DNA of 64,000 nucleotides from Bacteroidia bacterium (GCA_041565275.1 JBFGVE010000002.1:8775-72774); one strand, 5' to 3'; numbered from the stretch's first letter, positions 1-9,091 are shown. Program-made: numbers and translations. Notes: generated from the letters alone by a model not told the origin.

Positions 1-822
1 TTTTTTGTACTGTTCCAGTTCTTCCTTGGTACGGTATTTGGCGGGATCAGACATAGAGTGCCCTTTATACCTGTAGGTTTTAATTTCAAGGAAGACGGGT
101 CCATGTCCAGGGGTACGGACCAGCTCTGCTGCCTTTTTAGTGTTTTCGTACACTTCGAAAACACTCATGCCATCAACCTGCCAGGCCGGCATTTCATAAC
201 CACTGGCCAATCTGTACAGTTCGGTGACATTTGAAGTACGCTCCACGGAAGTACCCATGGCGTATTCATTGTTCTCCACCATGTAAAGGACAGGAAGTCT
301 CCAGGTCATAGCCAAGTTGAAAGCCTCGTGAAAGGCGCCCTGGCGAATAGCACCGTCACCGAAAATACAGACACAAATTTTGTCTTCATTACGATACTTG
401 TTGGCAAATGCGACTCCGGCACCTAAAGGGATTTGAGCACCTACAATACCGTGCCCCCCCAACATATTATGCTCTTTAGAGAACATGTGCATGGATCCAC
501 CTTTACCCTTGGAACAGCCTGTGGATTTGCCATACATCTCAGCCATTACCTGATTGGGAGAAATCCCTCTGGTAAGTGCAATACCATGATCGCGGTAAGC
601 AGTGATGACTTGATCATCTTTGCGGATAGCTGCCTCAAGTCCGGATGAAACGGCCTCCTGGCCTATATAGAGGTGGCAAAAGCCTTTGATCTTTTGCTGC
701 ATATACATTTGGCTGGATTTCTCCTCAAACCTTCTTTGCAACAGCATCTCCTCGTACCAATGCATTAACAATTCCACGTTGTAGGGCTGATCTTCTCGCG
801 TTTCAGTCTTAGATTTTGCCAT
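1..822 (-). CDS. pdhA: Pyruvate dehydrogenase E1 component alpha subunit (partial; C-terminus lies beyond the left edge)
   Basis: Absent from the ORF track because it runs off the edge. My minus-strand translation from the ATG at 822..820 gives MAKSKTETREDQPYNVELLMHWYEEMLLQRRFEEK..FCHLYIGQEAV..GKGGSMH..CIFGDGAIRQGAFHEAFNLA..YRYKGHSMSDP. This is the TPP-dependent E1-alpha pattern. Confidence 0.85.
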   Translation of the reverse strand, partial: MAKSKTETREDQPYNVELLMHWYEEMLLQRRFEEKSSQMYMQQKIKGFCHLYIGQEAVSSGLEAAIRKDDQVITAYRDHGIALTRGISPNQVMAEMYGKSTGCSKGKGGSMHMFSKEHNMLGGHGIVGAQIPLGAGVAFANKYRNEDKICVCIFGDGAIRQGAFHEAFNLAMTWRLPVLYMVENNEYAMGTSVERTSNVTELYRLASGYEMPAWQVDGMSVFEVYENTKKAAELVRTPGHGPVFLEIKTYRYKGHSMSDPAKYRTKEELEQYKK

Positions 823-915
823 TTGACCTGATTGATATATGTATGGACTCACCCATTAAAAGGATCAGCAAATTAATTAAATATTTCTTGAATAAGAAAG
901 GCAGAGCAGGGGTTC

Positions 916-1287
916 CTATCTTAAAAGAGTAGCGACCCACTGTCCCAACCATATCCCTCCCAGGCAGATTACCACTGATATTCCGATATACAGGAATGCA
1001 AGACCTGTCCTGCCGTCTTGGAAGAGATCTAAAGACTCAAAGCTAAAGGTTGAAAATGTACTGAAGCCACCGCAAAATCCGGACATTACTCCCAACTGCG
1101 CAGTCCGTGACATTTCGAAGCGTTGGAGCAGCAATCCAGCAAAAAAACCGAGTACGATACAAGCCACCAAGTTAGCAGCCAGAGTTCCAATAGGGAAGCC
1201 GGTTTCAGTTGATCCAAGCCAGCGACCCAGGCCATACCTCGCCAGGCTGCCTATGCCTCCACCTATGAACAGGGCTAAAAGATCCAC
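916..1287 (-). CDS. crcB: Fluoride ion channel CrcB/FluC
   Basis: 123 aa and very hydrophobic. MDLLALFIGGGIGSLARYGL at the N-terminus and GFCGGFSTFSTF centrally are typical of CrcB. The GTG start overlaps the upstream stop codon by 1 nt. Confidence 0.85.
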   Translation of the reverse strand: MDLLALFIGGGIGSLARYGLGRWLGSTETGFPIGTLAANLVACIVLGFFAGLLLQRFEMSRTAQLGVMSGFCGGFSTFSTFSFESLDLFQDGRTGLAFLYIGISVVICLGGIWLGQWVATLLR

Positions 1288-1931
1288 TAGTCTGTCAATT
1301 TGCCTGTAATGATCGTATGTACCCCATCCTGGGCAACAGGATCAGTTTCCGTTTCGATCTTATGCTTTTCATAGCGGCCCTCCTTATTGAACCAGACCTC
1401 TATATTCACCCTCAAGTAAAACAGTATATTGTCTTTGAGGATAAGAGATTGGGCATATCGTAACTTCCCCGATTCGTCTAGTTTGAATTCCTGGAGTTGA
1501 AGTGGTGTATCGAGTACATTGTCTTTCTTGATCGCTGCCTGAAATCCCTCCTTGCCTTCTTTAATGTCGAAATAATCGTTAATGTAACGGTTGGTAGCAT
1601 CGTACTCGAAAAGAAAGTCAAACTCTTCCGTGCTTGGCGGTGGGCCGGGGTCTCCGTCGAGGGAAGTAAAAGCCCCGGTCCGGCAGTTAAGTCGGTAGGT
1701 TTTGGTTTGCGGAATATCTGGAGAATCTCCTGTCACATTGTACACCGCTTTTTCCCAAACTTTACCTTCTTGACAACTGTTCCCCAATTGCTCCCAAAAC
1801 AATTGTTTGTAAAGGGATCCACTCTGTGCCATGGCTGTTGACAAGACGGAAACCAAGGATATAACAAGACCCAAGAACAAGATCCTGATCCCTTCTTTAA
1901 GCATGTTCTGGGATAATCGAGGTGCAGTCAT
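1287..1931 (-). CDS. Hypothetical secreted/periplasmic protein, translationally coupled to crcB
   Basis: 214-aa ORF with an N-terminal hydrophobic signal-like segment (ILFLGLVISLVSVLSTAMAQ). It sits 12 nt downstream of the gpmI stop and overlaps the crcB start. I recognise no family. Confidence 0.5.
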   Translation of the reverse strand: MTAPRLSQNMLKEGIRILFLGLVISLVSVLSTAMAQSGSLYKQLFWEQLGNSCQEGKVWEKAVYNVTGDSPDIPQTKTYRLNCRTGAFTSLDGDPGPPPSTEEFDFLFEYDATNRYINDYFDIKEGKEGFQAAIKKDNVLDTPLQLQEFKLDESGKLRYAQSLILKDNILFYLRVNIEVWFNKEGRYEKHKIETETDPVAQDGVHTIITGKLTD

Positions 1932-1943
1932 AAGGAAGAAATA

Positions 1944-3473
1944 TTATGAGATCAGAACATTACCTGTCATAGCAGCAGGGATTTCAATGTCCATAAGGCG
2001 AAGGATGGTAGGGGCAATGTCTCCCAGCTTCCCAGTTGTTAACCGCCAATCCCTTTTTTCGTTTGAATGCAGGATCAATGGCACCCGAGAAGTGGTATGG
2101 GCGGTATGGGCCGAGCCGTCAGGATTTTTCATTTTGTCAGCATTGCCATGGTCAGCGGTAACCAGAACAGTATATCCACTTTCTAGCGCTACTTCGACTA
2201 TTTGGCGGGTACAGTAGTCAACGGTTTCACAAGCTTTGACTGTAGCTTCCCAAACCCCGGTATGCCCTACCATGTCCGGGTTGGCAAAGTTTAGGCAAAC
2301 GAAATCGACATTCCTTTTTTGCAATTCAGGGATGATTTTATCTCTGATATGAAAGGCACTCATTTCAGGTTGGAGGTCATAAGTGGCTACCTCGGGTGAT
2401 GGGCAGAGAATGCGCGATTCCCCGGTAAAAGGTTCTTCGCATCCCCCATTGAAGAAAAACGTTACATGGGGGTATTTCTCTGTTTCCGCAATGCGGATCT
2501 GCTGTTTTCCCATCCGGCTTAGTACTTCTCCCAAACCATCAGGTATGTCTGGCTTATCAAAAAGTACTTCTACCCGTTCAAAGGTTTCATCGTAACGGGT
2601 CATGGTAAAGAAAGCCAGGTTGATGCATTGAGTAGCTTCTTCTGGAAAATCCTTTTGGGTAAGCATGGTGGTCAGTTGACGACCACGGTCGGTACGAAAA
2701 TTGTAAAAAAGTACGGCATCTCCTTCTTGAATGGTACCAATGGGTTGTCCGTTTTCTGTAATCACTATGGGCTCAATGAATTCATCCGTTATACCCGCAT
2801 TGTAAGAAGCCTGAACAGCATCTTCAGCAGATTGGTAGGCGGTTCCTTCCCCCTGGGTTAAAAGGCGGTAAGATTTGGCGACTCGGTCCCATTTTTGGTT
2901 TCTGTCCATGCTGTAGTACCGGCCGATTACAGATGCGATCTTGCCGATCCCGACTTCATCCACATAGCCCTCTACTTGGCGAACATACTCCAATCCACCA
3001 TTTGGGTCAGTATCACGGCCATCGGTGAAGACGTGAATAAAAACCTGAGGCAAGTCTTCGTGCTGGGACAGAACCTTAAGAATACCCTGCAGGTGAGTAA
3101 TATGTGAATGGACACCGCCGTCGCTAAGCAAACCAAGTAAATGAATTGGTTTTTGTTTTTCCTTAGCGTAGGTAACCAATTGCTGAAAGGTGGTATTGGC
3201 TCCGAAGCTGCCATCTTTCAGTGCCTTGGAAATCCGGATCAACTCCTGGTATACAACCCTGCCTGCCCCAATGTTCATGTGACCGACTTCTGAATTGCCC
3301 ATCTGCCCTGCAGGAAGTCCGACAGCTTCACCAGATGCCTCCAGTGTGGTATGGGGCAGGTATGAAATAGAATGATCGAAAAAGGGCGTATTGGCAGAGT
3401 CAATGGCGGAAACAGATGGATTTGCTGCAATTCCCCAACCGTCCATAATGATTAGAATTACTCTCCTGCTCAT
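1944..3473 (-). CDS. gpmI: 2,3-bisphosphoglycerate-independent phosphoglycerate mutase
   Basis: 509 aa. MSRRVILIIMDGWG, NSEVGHMNIGAGR, LLSDGGVHSH and VTADHGNA are hallmark iPGM motifs. Confidence 0.95.
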   Translation of the reverse strand: MSRRVILIIMDGWGIAANPSVSAIDSANTPFFDHSISYLPHTTLEASGEAVGLPAGQMGNSEVGHMNIGAGRVVYQELIRISKALKDGSFGANTTFQQLVTYAKEKQKPIHLLGLLSDGGVHSHITHLQGILKVLSQHEDLPQVFIHVFTDGRDTDPNGGLEYVRQVEGYVDEVGIGKIASVIGRYYSMDRNQKWDRVAKSYRLLTQGEGTAYQSAEDAVQASYNAGITDEFIEPIVITENGQPIGTIQEGDAVLFYNFRTDRGRQLTTMLTQKDFPEEATQCINLAFFTMTRYDETFERVEVLFDKPDIPDGLGEVLSRMGKQQIRIAETEKYPHVTFFFNGGCEEPFTGESRILCPSPEVATYDLQPEMSAFHIRDKIIPELQKRNVDFVCLNFANPDMVGHTGVWEATVKACETVDYCTRQIVEVALESGYTVLVTADHGNADKMKNPDGSAHTAHTTSRVPLILHSNEKRDWRLTTGKLGDIAPTILRLMDIEIPAAMTGNVLIS

Positions 3474-3633
3474 GAATGCAAAGGTAATCGAATTCAGATC
3501 ATAAACTCGCTTAGGTTGCCACGGGTATTCTAGACTATCGCGCCCATTTTCTGGTTGATTAGTGTATTTCTCATTGTTAGGAGCGGAAAAAACCTTAACT
3601 TAGTTTGTTAAGTGTAAAGAAACGCCACGTAAG

Positions 3634-4086
3634 ATGAATCTTGTCAACAATACTCGTCAATCCTTCCTGATACTTTTGCTGATATTTTCTTTTGCCGCCA
3701 CTCAGGCTCAAAGTTTTAGATTGACTGAGGTGTCCGACGTCCATACTGTAAGTATCGATAAAGATACTGCTCCTGATCTGGACTGGGGTATAACCAAATT
3801 GGGATCTGTCGTTCGAGCAAAAGTGGAATTCACCAATACGCTTGGTAAACAGGTCACATTGGTTCGGGTTTTAGCCAGTGAAGGGTGCTATATTGTTGGT
3901 AGCCTTTACCCCTTAAGGAATGTCAAGGTCGAACCCGGTCAAACCCAAGAATTTTTCGTCATCGCCAAAGGCGACGAATTAGGAGAACATACCTACAATG
4001 TAGAATTGATCCTTGAAGATGAAAAAGGGATACGTTCTCGCAGGGGCGTTTTTCAATTTCGTGGTTCAGTCGACGCGAGAGAATAG
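3634..4086 (+). CDS. Small secreted protein, DUF1573-like (PapD/ASH-type beta-sandwich)
   Basis: 150 aa with a signal peptide (FLILLLIFSFAATQAQ). The layout LDWGITKLGSVVRAKVEFTNTLGKQVTL..EGC..VEPGQTQEFFV resembles DUF1573 proteins. This is motif-level only. Confidence 0.45.
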   Translation: MNLVNNTRQSFLILLLIFSFAATQAQSFRLTEVSDVHTVSIDKDTAPDLDWGITKLGSVVRAKVEFTNTLGKQVTLVRVLASEGCYIVGSLYPLRNVKVEPGQTQEFFVIAKGDELGEHTYNVELILEDEKGIRSRRGVFQFRGSVDARE

Positions 4087-4161
4087 CCAACTTTACGATC
4101 CAGCAAAGGAAATCCAAGTTGGTGTTGATATTCACCAAGAGTGAGATAGCTGATCGTTACC

Positions 4162-5193
4162 TCAATTGAATAGCAGTATTTCACTGGGTATTGCTCCTGC
4201 TTTCCGTTCCATTTGCAGGTTGCCACTGTTTAAATCAAACTGGATTATATTCCCCGCTTGAACAAAATCAACTGCGTCTGTGATCAGAACAAAATCTTCC
4301 TGAAGATGGAAATTGTAAAATGTCCGGTTGGTAGCCTCAATAAAAGGACTGGTCGGTAAAGTTGTCTCTTCTATCCCCATCTTGTAAAAGTCCCCATCGA
4401 GGAAATACAGTGTTTGCCCATCTTGTGAAACCGCCAATTGAGTGGGATTTCTTTGCAGGCTGGGGAACGGAAAGGCATCTTCGACAGATCGGGTGGCAAC
4501 ATTCAGGCGCATCAAATTCGGGATCTCTTTTCCTATTCCACCGCTGGACAGTACCCAAACATCTCCTTTGGCATCCCGGACCAAACTGTTGGGTTCGAGG
4601 CCCACAGTTATACTGTCCATTACCTGGTCTGTAAGGATGTCGATCAACACGATTTTATCCGACCCCATCTTGGTCACCCAAGCTTCATTCCCGATCAAAA
4701 GCATTTCTTCTGTCCAGGCTCCGATCGGGATTTCTCCGGTTTGGGTGCAGTTGACGGGATTGACTACGGTCAATGAGCCTGAATAAAGATCACTCAGATA
4801 GGCCTTTTGTGAATTGATGGGCAGTAAGAATCGGGGAGAGGTGAGTCCTTCCAAATGGGCTTCAATTTTTCCAGTAACGATGTCCAGTTTGAAGAGCCTA
4901 CCACTGTTGTTTACCACAATGAAAACGGAGGAATCTATCCGGACCATAGATTGAGCGACATCACCCAATGGGATTCCATTGGCTTCAAAAAAAATATTTT
5001 GAAACACCTCACCTTCAGGATCCATAAAAGAAAGGGAAGCATTTCCCCAATTGAAATTCCCTTCGTTGAGAATCCAGGTTCCCTTGGACAAGTCGGAAGT
5101 TACATCTGGAACAGGGATTGGCTCGCCGGTGTTGCCACAACCAGCAAAAGCCAGGATCAGAATTCCTGACAGAAGAGTAAACAAATATTTCAT
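4162..5193 (-). CDS. Surface lipoprotein, beta-propeller-like (YncE/DUF5074-like); last gene of the B12-riboswitch operon and a candidate BtuG-type partner of the receptor
   Basis: 343 aa with a lipobox LILAFAGC. ILNEGNFNWGNASLSF follows just after the signal, then repeated strand-turn segments. The ATG overlaps the receptor stop (ATGA at 5190..5193). Confidence 0.55.
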   Translation of the reverse strand: MKYLFTLLSGILILAFAGCGNTGEPIPVPDVTSDLSKGTWILNEGNFNWGNASLSFMDPEGEVFQNIFFEANGIPLGDVAQSMVRIDSSVFIVVNNSGRLFKLDIVTGKIEAHLEGLTSPRFLLPINSQKAYLSDLYSGSLTVVNPVNCTQTGEIPIGAWTEEMLLIGNEAWVTKMGSDKIVLIDILTDQVMDSITVGLEPNSLVRDAKGDVWVLSSGGIGKEIPNLMRLNVATRSVEDAFPFPSLQRNPTQLAVSQDGQTLYFLDGDFYKMGIEETTLPTSPFIEATNRTFYNFHLQEDFVLITDAVDFVQAGNIIQFDLNSGNLQMERKAGAIPSEILLFN

Positions 5194-7139
5194 AGTCCTT
5201 TGCGTTCGAGTTGAAGTTTAATACCCAAATAAAAATTGCGACCAGGCATAGGCCGCCAGGCTATAGCTTGGTAGTCTGTATTCCACAGGTTTCTAATTCC
5301 TCCGTAAGTCTCGATCCGGGTGGATCTCCCCAAGGCGAAACTGCCCCGGACTTCACCCAGGTGATAGCTGGGAAGAAAGGTAGAATGATCGCTGGAAGTA
5401 TAGCGAATACCGGTAAATTGCTGAAAGACATAAAAATTAAAGCGCCCGTAGTTGCCTTGGAAGGAGATAGTACTGTTGTGAAGAGGGGTGTAGATCAACT
5501 GTTTGTCGAGGGCGATTGTCTGATCAGGCTGGGCCTGTATTCCCTGGCTGAAAACGAGGGCATAACCTGCTTTGATCCTGTAATTGAATCTATGGGTGTT
5601 TTGAAACCATTCCAGGTTGATCTCCCCTCCTCTGGTAAAGACCAATTGCACATTCTCAGGTGACCAAATATTACCCTGTTGTGGTATCCATTGGATCCAA
5701 TTGTCAATCAAGGATGCATAGAAGTCGGTCCCTATGATTAATTTCCGTTCATTTCGATTGCTAAGTGGCATGATCACTTTATCGAAACCCGCTTCGGCGG
5801 TCCAGGAGGTTTCGGTTTTTAGGTCTGGATTTCCACCAGGAACCCAGTACCGATCATTTAGGGTCGGAAAACGGTAATTTCTCGAAAGATTGACATTAAA
5901 ATGGTTAAAGTTATTGATGCGGTAGTGGTAGGCTGCATATCCGTAAGGGAGGGTGAACCGGCCGTTTTGGTAGGACTCCCGGACCAGAAGGTTGATGCGG
6001 TGTTTGCTTTTTCCCATTTTAAGTTTTGCAAAGGCAGTGGCTTTGATTTGGGAAAGGTCTTCGCCAAATACTTCAGAGCGAGCAATATCATACCCCATTT
6101 GGCCTCCGAATTTTAAATGGTCATCGTGAGGAAGTTTGGGATTAAGTGGAGTAAACTCTACATTGATGTCATTTTGAAAAGAGAGGGAACTACTGAAGAT
6201 AGAGGCCTGATAGTTTTGGTAATCGAGCCGTTCGGAACTGTGAGAGAGGGTACTTACCAGCATCCACTTGCCTGGAATGGTCCTTCGGTATTCAAGTTGT
6301 GCTTTGAGGGCACGGTCATATTGGGATTCGGTGAGATTACTGGTCAACATGGTGGGGGGCAACTCCCGGTCTGCAACATTGAACCAGATCCGGCCTATAA
6401 GTCCTTTTTCATAACTGCCTAGCCCAACTTGGTGCATGATGGAGAGTTGACTCATCCGGCTATGTTGAAGGGTGTCCAAGGGGCTTCCAGATCGGGCAAT
6501 ATTGCGGAATGTAAAATCATTTCGACCTGTGATTGCAACGGCCTGGATCGCCATCCAAAGTTTCCCTTTTCGGAATTGACCATCAAGGTGACTCCTGAAA
6601 TTTCCAAAGCTCCCGGCTTCTTGTCCTACTTCGAACTGTGCACAATTTCCCTCATAACCAAATAAACCCCAATTTGAAAGGTCAATTGCACCACCCAGTC
6701 CGCCGGATCCTAGGTCTAAAGATGTACTGCCAAAATGAACTTCTATCTTGTCAAAGAGCCCAACTGCACCCAAACTGAGATCTGTCTGGCCCGTCATGGA
6801 TGAGTTCATGGGAACCCCATTCCAGAATATCTGGGTATGACCCGCACCTGTACCCCTGAAAGAGGGTGTCGACAGGCCCACCTGCCCGTAGCTTTTGATG
6901 AATACGGCTGGGACCTCATTGAGTAGATCTGCCAAAGGAGAGGATTTGTGAAATTCGATTTGAGCTGGCCTGATATTGAGAACATTCTCGCGAGGGCTTA
7001 TTTCTAGGATCTCAACTGCTGGGAGTTCACTTGTATCAATGGAATCAATCGATTGCTCATCAACTATCTGTCCTGTCACCCAACTCGAATACAGCAATAC
7101 GCAGGTTAAAATGGTTACAAAATAGCGCCTATTGTACAT
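5190..7139 (-). CDS. btuB: TonB-dependent outer-membrane receptor, BtuB-sized (putative cobalamin/corrinoid receptor)
   Basis: 649 aa with a signal peptide. The plug region reads VPAVFIKSYGQVGLSTPSFRGTGAGHTQIFWNGVPMNS..GQTDLSL and is followed by a long beta-barrel-type sequence. It lies in an operon behind a cobalamin riboswitch. The gene symbol is inferred from context, not from a search. Confidence 0.7.
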   Translation of the reverse strand: MYNRRYFVTILTCVLLYSSWVTGQIVDEQSIDSIDTSELPAVEILEISPRENVLNIRPAQIEFHKSSPLADLLNEVPAVFIKSYGQVGLSTPSFRGTGAGHTQIFWNGVPMNSSMTGQTDLSLGAVGLFDKIEVHFGSTSLDLGSGGLGGAIDLSNWGLFGYEGNCAQFEVGQEAGSFGNFRSHLDGQFRKGKLWMAIQAVAITGRNDFTFRNIARSGSPLDTLQHSRMSQLSIMHQVGLGSYEKGLIGRIWFNVADRELPPTMLTSNLTESQYDRALKAQLEYRRTIPGKWMLVSTLSHSSERLDYQNYQASIFSSSLSFQNDINVEFTPLNPKLPHDDHLKFGGQMGYDIARSEVFGEDLSQIKATAFAKLKMGKSKHRINLLVRESYQNGRFTLPYGYAAYHYRINNFNHFNVNLSRNYRFPTLNDRYWVPGGNPDLKTETSWTAEAGFDKVIMPLSNRNERKLIIGTDFYASLIDNWIQWIPQQGNIWSPENVQLVFTRGGEINLEWFQNTHRFNYRIKAGYALVFSQGIQAQPDQTIALDKQLIYTPLHNSTISFQGNYGRFNFYVFQQFTGIRYTSSDHSTFLPSYHLGEVRGSFALGRSTRIETYGGIRNLWNTDYQAIAWRPMPGRNFYLGIKLQLERKGL

Positions 7140-7142
7140 CTG

Positions 7143-7550
7143 TCATTGTCTTGCATGGTACGGGTTGAGCACTTTTGCCGTGAATTCGTGTTGGTCATCG
7201 ATTTTAATGCGAAAAATATATACGGCCCCCGGCTGCTTTTGCAGCGTATACTCTTCTTCCCAGTTGCCTTCGGCGGCTGTGGTCCAATGTTCCATCCTTT
7301 GCCCACTCATGGCATATACCTCCACTTCTACGGAAGTTTTTATTCCTTTAAACCGAAGGAGTACGGTCCAGTTGTTATTCTCTTCGCGCATACCGAGCTC
7401 GACTTTGGCTTCGGTGAATGGTTCTTTCCCTATCTGGAAGGCTGTACTTGTACAGGCGTAGCCATCTCCGGCACCTCCAGTATAAGGTACCTGTGCGGAA
7501 CCCGTAAAGGTAAAGGCTAACCCAAATGTGAGAACAGTGAGCCATTTCAT
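7143..7550 (-). CDS. Secreted miniprotein: signal peptide plus short linker plus a T9SS-CTD-like C-terminal domain
   Basis: 135 aa with signal MKWLTVLTFGLAFTFTGSAQ. The C-terminal part (VEVEVYAMSGQRMEHW..YTLQKQPGAVYIFRIKIDDQHEFTAKVL) looks like a Por_Secre_tail sorting domain. ATGA overlap with the upstream gene at 7547..7550. Its stop lies 3 nt from the receptor start. Confidence 0.5.
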   Translation of the reverse strand: MKWLTVLTFGLAFTFTGSAQVPYTGGAGDGYACTSTAFQIGKEPFTEAKVELGMREENNNWTVLLRFKGIKTSVEVEVYAMSGQRMEHWTTAAEGNWEEEYTLQKQPGAVYIFRIKIDDQHEFTAKVLNPYHARQ

Positions 7551-9091
7551 CTCCGCACCCCTCTTCCTCCGGATGTTCCGCGTCTGGAGGACGGTGCCAG
7601 CCCAGAATAATACCTGTCCGATACCGCCAAGTCACGGAACCCTGGTAGAATACCACTGTTCCAGCCTCCTCCCCGGTAGCCACCACCGGCACTTTCTGGC
7701 CAACCTGAAACATCAGCGTTGCCATTTGTATCCAGTTGTCCATTTCCATTACTTCCCAAGAAGGAAACACCAACCGGGCCTGCATTGACGCACTGTTCCC
7801 ATAGGTTGCCGCTCATTTCCATGACACCATAGTAGGAGGCGCCAGATTGCAGGCGGTCACTGCTGGCGTGGGCTGCAAAGCCGCAGCGGAGTGGCCCTTG
7901 GGGACCGTCGTAGCCGTGGCTGGCCAGTCCCATTAAAGCAGTAGGTGATTCTGTCACCGACTCCCATAGGGTACCGTCTTGTAAAAGGGTATTGGCATCC
8001 ATCACCAAATCAGTTCCCCAGGCGAATTCATTTGGAACTGGGACCACAGGACCACGGCAAGCCTTTTCATACTCTAGTTCTGTCATGGGGGAAAGGCCTG
8101 CCCAATCAAAATAGGCCAGGAGATCCTCCCAGTTAAGAAAATTGCAGGCGCGGTTCTGACCATCCTCCTCGCTGTTGAAAGCTCCATCTGCAGAAAGATC
8201 GGATCCGAAGACGGCTGGCTGTCCATTCAATCCAGGTTGATAAACCCGGATTCCATTTCGAAGATTGGCGAAACGGGTGAAGGCATGGGTGCCAGCTTCA
8301 ACATACGGCCCGGATGAGGTCCGGGAGACTTGTTGGTCAACCGTCAAGTGGTTGAGAAAGTCTGTGTATTGTTCTTGACTGATCTCATACTTCATGCAAT
8401 AGAAGCCATTGCTACCTTTGGGATACGCCGCAGGAATTAATCCATTGGGAGGATATGTACTGTTTCCGGTGGTAGATCCGGGGTCGGGTCCGAGTGCAAT
8501 TTCAGATTCGTCCATAACCAGTACAGTTGCTTGGGAAGTACTCTCTCCAAGACTGAAATTGCTGCTGCCATCTCCTAGCCAATATGGCCCCCCCGGAATC
8601 CAGACCATTTCCACACCAAATACATCCAAAGAATAATTGCCCTCGGCAAGTGCGTTGGCCAACTGGAGGGTAACCTGAGTGCTATAGATTGTGCCCGAAC
8701 CAATATAGCAGCGTTTTAAGAATACCCCGAGACCATCTGAAACAGGGTTGATGGTCAATAGGTAAGGGTCAGAAGACTCAAAGCCAATTCCTGAATTAGA
8801 AAATTGAAGTGGGTCCCACTCTCCCTCACCTGTCTTGATCTTGGCAAAGATCCAAACTGCATCGTGGTTACCGGGCCCAATGTTCAAGTACCAGCTGTTT
8901 TCCCAACTGACTCGGAACGAAATCGTTTGCTTATCTACCAGCCTGGCGTCACTCAATTGCAGGTTATTGGCAAGTGAAATCTGGAAAAACAATCCTACAC
9001 AAAGCATAGTTCTACCCAATTGGCAAAAAGGGAGGAAGATCCGTTGATGGATTTTGGACCTCCGGTGGATCATTTTTGATAAATTGATCAC
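7547..9091 (-). CDS. FGE-sulfatase/SUMF1-family (GldJ/GldK-like fold) protein with a unique N-terminal domain
   Basis: About 510 aa. Family-like motifs are MVWIPGGPYWLGDG, LSPMTELEYEKACRGP, SGNLWEQCVN and YRGGGWNSG. There is an N-terminal hydrophobic signal. The start is ambiguous: GTG at 9091 (overlapping the upstream stop) or ATG at 9073. Confidence 0.65.
   Translation of the reverse strand: MINLSKMIHRRSKIHQRIFLPFCQLGRTMLCVGLFFQISLANNLQLSDARLVDKQTISFRVSWENSWYLNIGPGNHDAVWIFAKIKTGEGEWDPLQFSNSGIGFESSDPYLLTINPVSDGLGVFLKRCYIGSGTIYSTQVTLQLANALAEGNYSLDVFGVEMVWIPGGPYWLGDGSSNFSLGESTSQATVLVMDESEIALGPDPGSTTGNSTYPPNGLIPAAYPKGSNGFYCMKYEISQEQYTDFLNHLTVDQQVSRTSSGPYVEAGTHAFTRFANLRNGIRVYQPGLNGQPAVFGSDLSADGAFNSEEDGQNRACNFLNWEDLLAYFDWAGLSPMTELEYEKACRGPVVPVPNEFAWGTDLVMDANTLLQDGTLWESVTESPTALMGLASHGYDGPQGPLRCGFAAHASSDRLQSGASYYGVMEMSGNLWEQCVNAGPVGVSFLGSNGNGQLDTNGNADVSGWPESAGGGYRGGGWNSGILPGFRDLAVSDRYYSGLAPSSRRGTSGGRGVRR

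Noticed and set aside
3474-3633. Possible fluoride (crcB-motif) riboswitch upstream of the gpmI-hypothetical-crcB operon. The minus strand reads ..GGGCGCGATAGTCTAGAATACCCGTGGCAACCTAAGCGAGTTTATGATCTG..
   Set aside because: The resemblance is only superficial. The P1 pairing (GGGCG/CGCCC type), the pseudoknot and the conserved CUGAUG..CCUAC 3' block are all absent.
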